A stretch of 63,634 nucleotides of DNA, counting the filler, from Atractiella rhizophila (taxonomy: Eukaryota), in assembly GCA_021432655.1 (NCBI GenBank). It is 4 parts of 4 records of this genome, joined end to end, with 100 filler letters (N's around TTAATTAATTAA, not from the genome) between each part and the next. Parts side by side here need not be neighbours in the genome. Positions count along the whole stretch, not along the records: positions 40,479 to 60,033 come from MU271482.1; positions 60,134 to 63,634 come from MU271518.1; 2 more parts are not named here. One strand, given 5' to 3'. The first letter of the stretch is position 1, and every line of letters begins with the position of its first letter. The notes beneath the pieces were generated by a model. The model did no database searches. It was not told the origin of the DNA and saw only the letters and a program-made list of their open reading frames with translations. A program made the translations under genes and the position numbers. Below are positions 49,296-60,643 of this stretch, piece by piece.

Positions 49296-51805
49296 ATGGA
49301 CACGTTAGCAGGAAGAATGTCGAGCTTGCGCCGAAATAAATCGGTTGGAGGCAAGAGCGTGGGCAGGAAGAGCAGCGGTATGTCTTCATGGAGTCCTCGG
49401 TCTGGTGCTGCTGTTTTTCTGTCCATTTCGAATGAGCCCCTTTCAGATGATGTTTCTGCCGTGGTTCTCTTACAATGCTGGAAGGCGCTTTGCTGTCTTC
49501 ATTGCTGCTTAACCAGCCCAAAAGCAGATCGGTGTCAGCCCATCGATCAAAGACTTGTTGTAGCGTTCAAAACATCACAGGATACGGAACTGAATCGCTT
49601 GCACTATCTGAAAATCAATCTACAGTGGTGTAAGAGTCGTCTCCTCCTTATGCGAAAGAGCGCAAAGAGACCAAATGCCTGGTCTATTTTCCGAGAAATG
49701 TTTGATGGGAAGTGTTCCCGCTGGTGATCACGCCCGAGGTGTAGCAGAGAGTTTTGTGATTTTCAAACTGAGGCGGAGATTTCTTATGCTCACCATGGAA
49801 TAGGCATGCCTCCTCTCCCTTTCGATGCTCTTCGGCCTCCTCACGAAGTCTTGCACTCCCGGTATCAAGAGTATAAGCATGTGGTAAAATCTCTCATTGC
49901 CTATTTCGAGAGTGAGTCTTCTTTGCGTCTTTCAAGTGATAATTGATTGATGTGATCGAAAGATCTGGGGGACTACTATGTCAAGTCAAGCAAGGATCTT
50001 ACAAAGATCAGTGGTGACATCCAAGCTCCGCTTCATGAATCCTCTCTCTTCATCCCCACAGCTGCTTCTTCGAACGGAACGACGACGACGACACCCACTA
50101 CTCCAAGTTTTGCCACTGGCGGAGGAATTGAGAAAGGGCTAGGATCTCTGCTCTTTGAGATGCGCGACCGCACTCGTAGCGTCGCCGCCCATCACGTAAC
50201 GCTCGCCAAATCGATCGAGAGCAACGTCGTCGAGCCGTTGCGGAAGATGAGGATCGACATCAAGGGCCACATTAGCTCTCTTGAGAAAGAGGTCGGGAAG
50301 CGCGCTGAGGTTGCGGTTAAGGAGAGGGATGCCTCGCACGCTGCGTTAGTTGATCTGTCGGAGGGAATTGGCACTTTTGGATCCGCCCCAATGGCACTGG
50401 AGGCGCATAGGGACCCTTATGTAGCCAACGTTCAGGCGGCGAAGCAGTTGAAGAAACAATTGATTGCTGAGAATGATTTACAGACTAATACAGTCCTGTG
50501 GCAGCAGAAAAGCGAAGATTTCGAGAAGGTTATGTTCACACAAATGCAGACGAATTGGAGACAATGGGAGGATATCAGGTCTGTCATCGTCTCCTCGGTG
50601 GTCTAGACAAACACTAAGAGAACGAATGAAAGATCCCGTGTCGAAATGCAAATTCAACAAGAGTGGGCCACGCTGGCCGCTTCAGTCGCTTCAGTCCCTC
50701 CAGACGTAGAATGGAAATATTTCGGTTCCTTGCCACACCTTCAGGATCCGACTGCTCCTCTTCGAGATGTCAACGCGATCAAGTACCCAGGACAGGATCA
50801 TGAAGCAGCCATCCCGGTGAAAACTGGAGTCTTGGATCGCAAGAAACGATTCACAAAGATGTACAGCAAGACTTTTAACGTTCTTACCCCGGCTGGCTAC
50901 TTGCACGAGTACAAATCTGTGGATGCAGACAAACCCGCACTCAGCCTCTTCTTGCCCTTCTGTACTTTAGGTTTTGCGCCTGATATTGCAGCCAAGGAAC
51001 ACAAGTGGCATATCGAGGGTTCGTACCTCCTCGTCTATTAAGGAACATTGGGCTGATTGATGGGAAAGGAAACAAGGCGATCTCTGGAACAATGGAGCGC
51101 CGTATTAAGGGTACGCTCAAGCTGGGGAATCGAGAACTAGCCTATACCTTCAGGGCAAAAAGCCATGAAGAAGCCAAATCGTGGTGGGAAGCGATCGAGA
51201 AGGTGTGTTGTCGGCATTTTAACACATCGTTATGACTTACTGTGATGCACAGTACACCAAGGTCTCCCTTGCTCTCCAACAAAATCAGAATGTGGGACCA
51301 GTTCCTACTGCCGTCCAAGGAGTGGGGTTGGAAGATGAAACTGAAGACGTTATGGACAACGCTGCGACCAGTGAAGAAGAGGAAACTTTTCAAGACGCTG
51401 CCACTGGGTTGGAAAAGCGAGCCGTTCCTGCACCTCCATCCCCTCGTCCAGTCCCAGCGCCGCCATCCACCGTTGGTCGCTCGACATCTAGAAGCCACAG
51501 TCGCAGAGTGAGCATTGACGAGAAGGCTTCTGTGATCCCTGACATGCAGCCAGAAGATCAAAAGGTGCGTCTTCTCCCATCCTATCCTCTCGGGGGCTTG
51601 ATTGTTTACGACAGTCATCTCTGAGTAGGTCTCCCTCACAGCCTCCTCCTCGTTACGGAGCGACGTTCCGCCGCCTAGGTTCTCTGCAATCGCAGCGGAG
51701 CCTGGAAGCGCGCTCGTCCGTGAAAAAGTAGCCAAGAAGCAGGGTAGCGCCGATTCTGCTGAGACTGGCGTTGCTGGTTCCAAGTTCAAAGAAAACATTG
51801 CTTGA
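49296..51805 (+). CDS. SLM1: Slm1-like BAR-PH domain protein
   Basis: MDTLAGRMSSLRR..KSS|GMPP..PHEVLHSRYQEYKHVVKSLIAYFE (426-nt intron 49378-49803), coiled-coil BAR region with DPYV, PH domain VKTGVLDRKKRFTKMYSKTFNVLTPAGYLHEYKS...YTFRAKSHEEAKSWWEAI; ends FKENIA*. Confidence 0.8.
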
Positions 51806-52192
51806 TTGTCTCGATCCTAGTTCCTGTCGTGGAAACTAAACGAATTCTGGGTCTGGTTTAGCTAAAATTTTCTTCAGTACATAGGGTTTTCTGCTATGTA
51901 TAATTAGCCTGTTGTCGTTTTATCAAATTGTTTGCACATTTTCTCAGCGTCAAATCAAAGGATACGAGGGGCTAACGCCTTTTCGCTGATATCGGCTCCT
52001 ATAATCTGAAATGGGATGAATATTTGCTGTAAGCTGAAACATGATGACATGTAGACAGAATAGATAGATAGCCTTTGGAGATTCTCAACAAAGCAAACGA
52101 CAAAACAAGTTTCAAGTGAAAACCGAAAGAGAAAAAATCATTCGTCTGAACGTCACGCAGCCATGAGCATCCTCAACCGATTCAGAAATATT

Positions 52193-54463
52193 CTACTTCC
52201 CCTTTCCTCCACCAGCATGGATACCAGGCTTGGTCACACCGAAAGCGCTCAACAGATCGCCTGTCGACTTCGCTTTTACCCTTGAGCTTCTCCGAATCGC
52301 ATCCGTCTGAATCGCTCCAGCGGCCAAATTAGCGCCATCAACTTTAGCCTGCCTTTCAATATCCAACGTTTCCAGATAGCGGGACTTGGGCAACAAGTTT
52401 TCGTCAATCACATATTCCCAGGTAGGCTTCTTCTTAACAGGCGCCGCCTTAGGGAGGGGAACATCGACAGATGAGAGGCTGGTCAACGAAGACGTGCGTG
52501 ACAAGGCAGGCGTCTTAGTTGGAGAACGAGGAACGGTGATTTCGACGACTGGACGCATGGAAGGGTTGACTTTGAGCTTGATCGTCGTCTTTCGAGAAGG
52601 AGGCGATGGGAGGCGCTGAAGCATATCCGTGATCTTCTTGTTCTTCTTCACAGAGTTAGTGATCGAGCTGTTCGACTTCTTCTTCCCCGCCATCTTCCCA
52701 GTCGTAGTCTTCTTCGCAGAGATCGCACGTTGCTTCTTTGATTTAACGTTCGAAGCTTTGACTTGCTTCCCCTTCTTCCCAGACCCCATCTTTGCATCCA
52801 AAGCCAACATCCTCTCCTTTTCTTCCTTCTTGATGCGTCTCTCTTCCTTACGCTCTTCCTTCCTCTCTTTCTCTAATCTCATCTCCTCTTCTGCCTCCTC
52901 CACGTTCTTCACAAACTGTTGTACATCACCTTTGATCCAAGTATCAAAGACATCCTTGAAGTCTCGTCCGGGAGTTGGAAACTCGTTATTGACCAATACG
53001 ATGTGCACTCCATTCCCCCTGCGCTTCCCGTCTTCATCCTCGTCCTCCTCTTTCACTGGTGGACGAATAACCTTGGCGAGTTCCTTAACGAGAAGTTTAG
53101 TTCCAGGCACCTTCAAAGTGGTTCCAGCAACTATGAGAAGGTCGGGTCGAACTCCTAAAAGATCGCGCCTGGTGACATCTCCGACCTCTTCTGCGTTCTG
53201 ATGCTCCTCTCCATACAAAACAATGTCCGGCTTCATCCTGCCGACTCCGCGACTACGCTCGCCTGCTGCTGCCCGAGCACTGTCGATCTGGGAACAGAGG
53301 GCACACACAATCCCCTCGCCAGCGAGCAAGGTGTCGAGGGTCGACGAAGGGGTTTCGAGAGGCATGGTGTGGGAACAGTTCGTGCAGGTGAGCGAGTTGA
53401 GGTGTCCATGGAGAGGGATGCAGCGAGGGATAGCCAGGGAGGAACCGGTGACTGGGTCACGGTTGAGTTTCTTGAGTTGGTTTTGGGATGGACTAGGTTC
53501 TTGAGAAGCGGGCGGCAAGCTTTCTTGAGAAGGCGAAGGGGTAGGATACGGGTTATCGTCTTCGGTCGTCCCATCCCCCGTTCCACTGCCTTCCACATCC
53601 GACGAACACGCGGAGGTTAAGTCAGGGGTCGGGAGGAACGATTTGGTTCTTCTCAGGATGGGGGAAAGGGAAGACGATTTTCCCAAGTGCTTTGGCTTCC
53701 AAGTCCCTCCATCAGGCTCTCCCCGCTTCCTCTTCAAGCCGGCGAGCTTCTTGTACGATTCTGGAGCCGGCAGCCCGTACGTCAACCCCACTTTCGCTTC
53801 GAGAGCGTCGATGTTCCTATGTCAGGCGGAATTATTGACGTTAGCATGATCAGTCATGCGGACGTACTGCGTGTAGACTCTGAATAGCTTCCCTTTATCG
53901 TCCAGCTCTTTGAGAAACTTGTGAAATGTCGTCGGTTCAGCCAAATCGGACATTTTCTTCAGCTCTCCCACCATGTTATAAAAGAGCGCCGTGTTCGTTT
54001 CCGACTATTTGCCAAAGAAGGCGTCGTTTGTCAATATCTGGAAATGCACCGCACCCCCGTCGTCCGCATGACAGGAACGTGAAGAGCGTACCTTGAACAA
54101 GCTGGCATCGAAGAGATCCTTTCCACTTGTAAGTTTAGCCTCAGGATGCTTCACCTTCAAGCTTTCGAACAACCCCGCAGAGCTCCGAAAATCAGGAATC
54201 CCAGCCCCAGTTGATATACCGGCACCTATTCAAACCGAACCAGTTCCTTCAACAACAAGGCTCTCCCACTTTACGAGGTGAACAAAGCACGCACCGCATA
54301 CGACTGCGATCCTCTTCGCTTTAGCGATAGCCCTGAACGTCCGCTTAAGCTCCTCATCGAGTTCTTCGCGGTCGGCTTGGCTTATGTAGTTTGGGAGGAA
54401 GAACGTTGAGGAGTCCTGATAATCTTTGGGATTTTGTGTTAGCAGGCGCGTAACCAACGACAT
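52193..54463 (-). CDS. HST4: NAD-dependent deacetylase, sirtuin Hst3/Hst4 class
   Basis: VVCG|AGISTGAGIPDFRS, YTQ|NIDALE, LHGHL, CTNC...CALC zinc ribbon, PDIVLYGE, GTTLKVPG; Lys-rich tail. Confidence 0.88.
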
Positions 54464-54710
54464 GCTTTCGAGTATCGCTGCTGAAGAGGCGGTCGACTGG
54501 AGAGGCTGCGACCACGGATCGCTTTGATGGTTGAAGAAAGGACAATATCAATCAGGAAGGAGTTAATGTTGGTTGACTTTCTATTCCGACCACTCGGATC
54601 CGCGTACAATATCCTCCATTTATTCACCAAGTGCTCTAATAGTATATTTTGCAACAGATGTGCCTCGTGGTCACTTGTTACAAAGGCTAGGGGCACGAGC
54701 TTGCTATGGG

Positions 54711-57213
54711 TTACGTTTCGCCACCTGTTCCAACGAAGTAGTCCTTCAATTTCTCCAAAGCCGACTGTTCCATCTATTCAGCATTCTTGTCCTGTTACAA
54801 AGTCAAGTACGAACGCACCTCGTAAGCTCCTTCGAACTTGTTGATATCCTCCTTCTTGATTCTCACCTTTTTCACCTTCCCATGCCTCCCGTGTTTCACC
54901 ATCATCTCTTTGAAGAATGCCGCCTCCTGACTCTCAACCAAGGTCCACGCCTCTCCTTTCTTTCCCGCTCTCGCTGTCCTTCCCACTCGATGAACATACT
55001 TCCTGATATCGATGGGCACATCGTAAGAGATGACCTTGTCAACTTGTGGGAGATCTATTCCTCGCGCGATGAGATCGGAGCAGACGAGCAGGCGTATTCG
55101 TCCCTCCTTGAAACTGGCGAGGATCTTGGCTCTCTCGGATGAGGCAAGATCGGATGAATACGATCGGATGGTCTCGATCCCTTGACCGGATGAGAGCCCA
55201 GAGATGTCCTCGAAGAATTTGACGAGTTTGACCAGTCGTGTGGCGGAACTCACCGACTTGGTGAAGCAGAGAGCTTGAGTCGTCTGATGATTATATAAGA
55301 GATGAAAGAGCATGAGCGGCTTCGAGGTTGAAACCGTAATGATCATATTTTCCTAACCAAACTCAGCCCCAGCGGTTGAATCGAGTAGGCACAACGTACC
55401 TCTAGTGTCGAGGGAAGACTGAACGACTCTTCAGCCGCGGGCACACCTTCTGTCTCATTGTCCTCCTTGATAGCTACATAAAGAGGATCGTTGAGTTCTA
55501 GAGCTTCTATCTTCGTAGGATCTCGACTGAGTGTCGCAGAAAACAGTAGTTTCTGAGTCTTTTTTTGGCGCGTCAGCTTGTTCTCAAGTAGAGCAGGAGT
55601 AACGAACCGAGGCCTTCCTCTTAGGTCTCACACCAGTCTCCTCTAACGCATCCACTACGTTCCTCCAACTCCCTGCCAATGGCCCATCCGCTCCCACCAT
55701 TTCATTGAGGGTAGTGGGAGGCTCCAAATGCCGGAGAACGGCAGCTAACCAATCCTGAAATGATTGGTTGAGTAGTCTGTCAGCTTCGTCAATTACGAGG
55801 AATGAGAGATGTTGAAGCGTCAGATTGGGCGTTTGGTTCAGATGATCGAGTAGTCGTCCAGGCGTTGCAATGAGGATATCCACTTTTGAGCAACCGCCGA
55901 GCTGGGGTTTTCTGCGTTGGGCAGTATCAACGCCTGAGCAACAAGGGGAGGACAAACGGACGAAGTGTCATGCACAATAGCACGCTGTTCCTGAGCGAAT
56001 GAATTTTGGCCCGTCACGCTTCCTATCTGTGGCAGGTCACAACTTCAATTAGGAATAAAGCAGATTAGACGCGAACCTTAAGTCCAGTCCCACGCGTAAA
56101 TGTCTCGAAGGTCTCTCTGACTTGCGTCACGAGATCTCGAGTAGGCACCACGATGAGTGCGCGTAAGCGTGTAACAATCCTAGGTGATAACGTCTACAGT
56201 CCAAGTGAGGACTGCGGAACGTAAATGTAAGAGGCAGTTTACCTGTACTATCGGTAGAGCGTAGGCCAGGGTCTTCCCACTCCCTGTGGGAGCGCTGACC
56301 AGAAGGTCTCGTTGGCGGCGAGTTTTACTCAAAAGTAGAGGAATAACAACTTCTTGAACTTCATAACGTAGGAACAAATCAGAAACAATATCAAGCAGAA
56401 ACAAGAACACGCACCTTGGAAAAAGCTTTCGATTCCCGAGTCCTTCAGCTTCTCCATCAGCTTCTCTTCGAGCCCAAGCTCGCGCAGCTCGCCTTGTTCC
56501 ACTTCCCTTGAGGCTGGAACGATGAGAGCATTTTCGTCTGCCAGTGAAGGATCAATTGCCATCGTCGTAATGAGCGTTTGGTTGACAGGCGTGGGACGCC
56601 GAGGAGGTGGGAGACGGAGGAGAGGTTTCGGTGGTTCCTTGTCCATCTGCGTCACTGATGGACTTTGGTCTTCATCGCTCTGAGACGATTCTTCTTCACT
56701 TTCCTCTTCCGATTCTCCATCCACTTCAACAGCGGGAACAGTAGAAACCTCAGCTTGCTGCTCCTGGGTGGTCTCAGGAGGCTGAAGCCTTCTCAGCTCT
56801 CGTTTTCGTCTCTTCTCCTCCTTCCGCTTGGCAATATCCTCCTTCTGCTTCCTCTCCCATTCCTCGTCATCCAGTGGTCCTTCCTGCACATTCCCATCTT
56901 TCGCTTTGCTCTTCTTGTCTCGCTTCCGCTTCTTGCTATCTTTCTTGCTTGAATCCACTTCAAGCCGAAGCTCCGTCGTCACCAGTTGCTCCGCTTGGTT
57001 GGTGTCACTCGTGGATTTTTTCTTGAGCTCTGCCTTCTTCACCTGTCGCTTCGCTTTCGTCCGCTCTTTCTTTCGCTTGAGGTATCGCTTTTTTGCTGCT
57101 GTCAAGGCCTTCTCTCCTTTCTGAGGCTGGACTGAAGTTGTTGCTTCCTCCGAATGATCGCGCTTTCTTTTCTTCGTGTTGGGGGAGGTTTCCTCTGTCG
57201 TTTCAGCTGCCAT
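54711..57213 (-). CDS. DBP6: DEAD-box RNA helicase Dbp6/DDX51
   Basis: SAPTGSGKTLAY, VPTRDL, ATPGRL, VIDEADRLLNQSFQDWL, LFSATL, CSDLIARGID, YVHRVGRTARAG; basic/acidic N-terminus; ends GTGGET*. Confidence 0.92.
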
Positions 57214-57899
57214 GCTGATTTTATAAGACGCAGTTAAAAGCTTCAATAAAGAGTTTCAACTTCCAAGTTCGTTAGGCTTGCTTTAAGGCTGGATGAATTT
57301 TTCATCGACTTGTCTGGCTGTAAAAAGTTCAATATTGTAAACTTGAGTACAAAGAAATCTCGCAGCAAACCTAAGGTTTACAGCTGCGGGGAAACAACAT
57401 GAAGATTCCCTTATTCCGGTCGACAAGTGCTGAGTCGTCTTATGCTTATTTTGCTGATGCCTACTCGCACGGCACCTTTCACCTTCCATCCTCCTCCTTC
57501 CGCCAGTCGCCCTCACCACTTTATCCTGCGTCATAGCCTCTATCAGAATCACTGATACCACGACTGCCAGAAGAACTCCTCGCTGCTTTCAATCTTCGGT
57601 GCTTCTATGTGCGAGCTCGTTTTCTCCCACAAAGAGATCCGAATTCTGACATTATTCTCGCAAGGAAAAGGCTGCTTTTCGACCTATATTTTGCAATTGG
57701 AAATGGTGAAACTGTTTGTTATCATGGACCAACCTGAGATATTCATTCATAAGTTCGTCACTAGATGCTAGCTGAAAATGATCTGGGAGATTTTTTTATG
57801 CAAAGTTCGCTCCTTTGAGTATTAGCCGAGTTACAAAGAGCTGTAGCACATGAGTATTAGGTGCTCAAAGAAATGAGTTGCAAGAAAGGGGAGGACAAA

Positions 57900-59970
57900 G
57901 GGATCTTTAGAGTCCACATAACCTATTAAATTCCGACATTCTGGCCAAAAGTATGACAAAATACAAGCGGCTTGTCGCATAAAGGGATCTCTGAAGGCTG
58001 AATAACGAAACAAATCCTTTCAATTCCTGAAAAAAGGGCTCAAGCTACAAGGTCCTTGTCGCATAAAGGGATCTGTGTTGATTAGCTCCGTTACCCTGGC
58101 AGGAGCCTTGACTGGAATTATTTGCAAGAACCTGCTGCGTACAAAGCTGCTCCCCTCTCACTGAGCATAAAAAGTGTTCTCTAGGTTGGGAATTCCTCCT
58201 CTAAAACAATTCTTCTAGAAGAGTTGGTGGAGGCTCGTATCTGCAGGACAAACCTCTTGACGACTGAATATCAAAGCACCAAATGCCTTGGGTAAACTTG
58301 CATCCGCTTTACTCAAGTAGGATTACAAAATCTAAGAGATGGTGCGTTTGCCTCTGCATACTTATTTGATGCTGCTTACTTGCTGCTCCTGGCAGGGTCG
58401 CACGTAAAGCGGTGGTCACTTTACCTAATGGCAGAGCCCATGACCCGAATGTACATCCTCACTATGAAGCCAGCGACGCCTCACTTTATCCTTGGACATC
58501 CGCGACATTTCCGAGGCCAAGGGGCAGTCAATATGATCAACAGTTGAAACAAAGGGTTCAAGTCAAGTACCAGGTACAGTCCACCGCGGATCCTTCTCCA
58601 GGAAACCAGTATGGCTTTCGTGAGGGCGTAGAGCCTGTTTATGGTACTGAAAGGCCAAGAAGTAACTTACATCGTGAGTAGCCCCTCCAGTACTCTGGCA
58701 AACCAATGACGATGACCACTAGCACGAACGATAATTCAACGAAATATTCGTGCTTTTCCTGGATTGGGGAGATGGGGTTGAGGTCAAATCATTTCCAGGT
58801 TTATTTCTGCATCCTGTTTATAACGTGACATGTTTTTGGGCTACGCGTAAAACGAAATTATTTGATTGAATAATTAGGCAGTGGGAGGAAGCTAAGATCA
58901 CGTGTATGGTGATGGAGTACAACTCATCACTCCCATCGGCATTAGAATCCCTTACGTTCATTAAAAGCCCTTACAATCTCTTGTAAGCATTTAAAAGCCC
59001 ATTGGAATCCAGCCAGTCCGTTGATGGTCAAAGGGGTGACTCTTTGCCGCATTTCCCAAAATGCGTTCCCAAACTACCATTTGCAGCCGAGCATAACGAA
59101 ATTGCTCGCGCACATTACCGGGATTCCCGTTGCAGCTGTGTAATATAACAGCGAGAAGAGATGAAGTAATACGTACCTCATCATCATGATGAACAGCTCT
59201 TTTGCACCAAAAGGTTCGCGAAGTTGGGATTGCCAGTCGAAGGATCAGTTCTCGAATCAGCAAAAGACAGAAACCTCTCCACCAATTAATTTGGGTTCAA
59301 ATGTAGGATTCCAGATCACAGGTACATAGAATGATATCGATATTTGCTACAGGAGAGCAACGAACTGCAGGAAAAGCAGACGGTATTTTCAGAGGCAAAG
59401 CCAAAGAAAGGTATGCTGGCGGAGGCTGCTCGTTTGGTTCTCAGCATTTGACAGGTCTTGCTTGGCACCGACTGGAAGGAGTGCCTATTCTAGGATCGCG
59501 AAGAGTGCGCCGGGTCCTTCTGGCTTCAGTTTTTCCAGAGTTTTATACCACGCAAGAAGTAGACGCTCTGCACAGTCTTTTAGACGAAGCTTGGACAGCA
59601 AGGTGTCGCTTCTTTGGAGAGGTCAACGAGATGCCACATCGAAACCGCTTGATGTGGCGATGCAAAGCTGGTCAATTCGAATCAATTCGATGGGCAGGTT
59701 CTCCATTGGATGACCCTTTTGGTTTGTCACCGTGGTGGGCAGGCGGCGTCATTACAACGCTATTGAGTGAAATGCCTCAAGAGTACAATGAGCACCTTGG
59801 TCCTTCTATAGAGGTCAACAGGGTAGTGAATCTTATGGTTGGAGATGAAAAGCCGCAGCATTGCCCCCCATTGTAGGAAGAAAGAATGAATGTGAGAAAG
59901 TATCTGCTTGAGAAATCAAAGCATGTTGTTTCAGCCAGTGACAAATCAATTATTTTTCACATTTGCTGAT
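57900..59970 (+). pseudogene. Spliced pseudogene of unknown family with multiple in-frame stops
   Basis: Exon-like blocks joined by GT..AG introns keep one frame: ...RSNLH|PRTIIQRNIRAFPGLGRWG*GQ..., VDGQRGDSLPHFPKCVPKLPF...RCSCVI*QREEMK*YVPHHHDEQLFCTKRF...N*FGFKCRIPDHRYIE*YRYLL...KKG|LAWHRLEGVPILG...HCPPL*EERMNV. Boundaries approximate. Confidence 0.5.
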
Positions 59971-60643
59971 GTTTCATATAAATTTCATCCTCGGCGAACT
60001 CTGATCACAAAGAGACAGAAAAAGTCAAAATCCNNNNNNNNNNNNNNNNNNNNNNNNNNNNNNNNNNNNNNNNNNNNTTAATTAATTAANNNNNNNNNNN
60101 NNNNNNNNNNNNNNNNNNNNNNNNNNNNNNNNNAAGACGATCACACAACTTCAGTCACTCATTTATCTTGACACCAACTAAGACCAATCAATCATACGCA
60201 GAGATCAAAGGCGAAGGAAGAATTCTTTTTTTATGGATAAAAGACGAATTATGCAGTCGAAACCTGGAGCCCAAGAGACTTGTGAATGAGGGGAGTTTTC
60301 AACGAGAATCAGACTGAAACGCCACTTTAACCCTATGAGCTGAGAAAAATAAGAGGAGCTAACGTCCATTTACCACGGAAAGAAAGAAATGGATAGGGAT
60401 AAGATAATAAGATAATAAAACAACAATTCTCGGACGAGAAAACAATTCTTAACTGGCTCCTGTAAACTCTTGTCTTCTTGCATTGTTCTTGTTCTTGTTG
60501 GTTGTGATAGAAGTTTGACAATGGACGTATTTCGTCAAACCATTCGAGTTTGTTAAGGATTTTGAGTAAAAAATAAACGTCTGCCTCGTCAGAGGCTCGA
60601 AGATCGTTCCACGGGAGAAAATCCGTTCTCGATAGAGAACCAT

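Noticed and set aside
52386..53887. Plus-strand ORFs of 66-190 aa opposite the sirtuin (similar cases opposite DBP6, PPZ, exportin-like and permease genes)
   Set aside because: Antisense shadows of real coding exons, without independent motifs.
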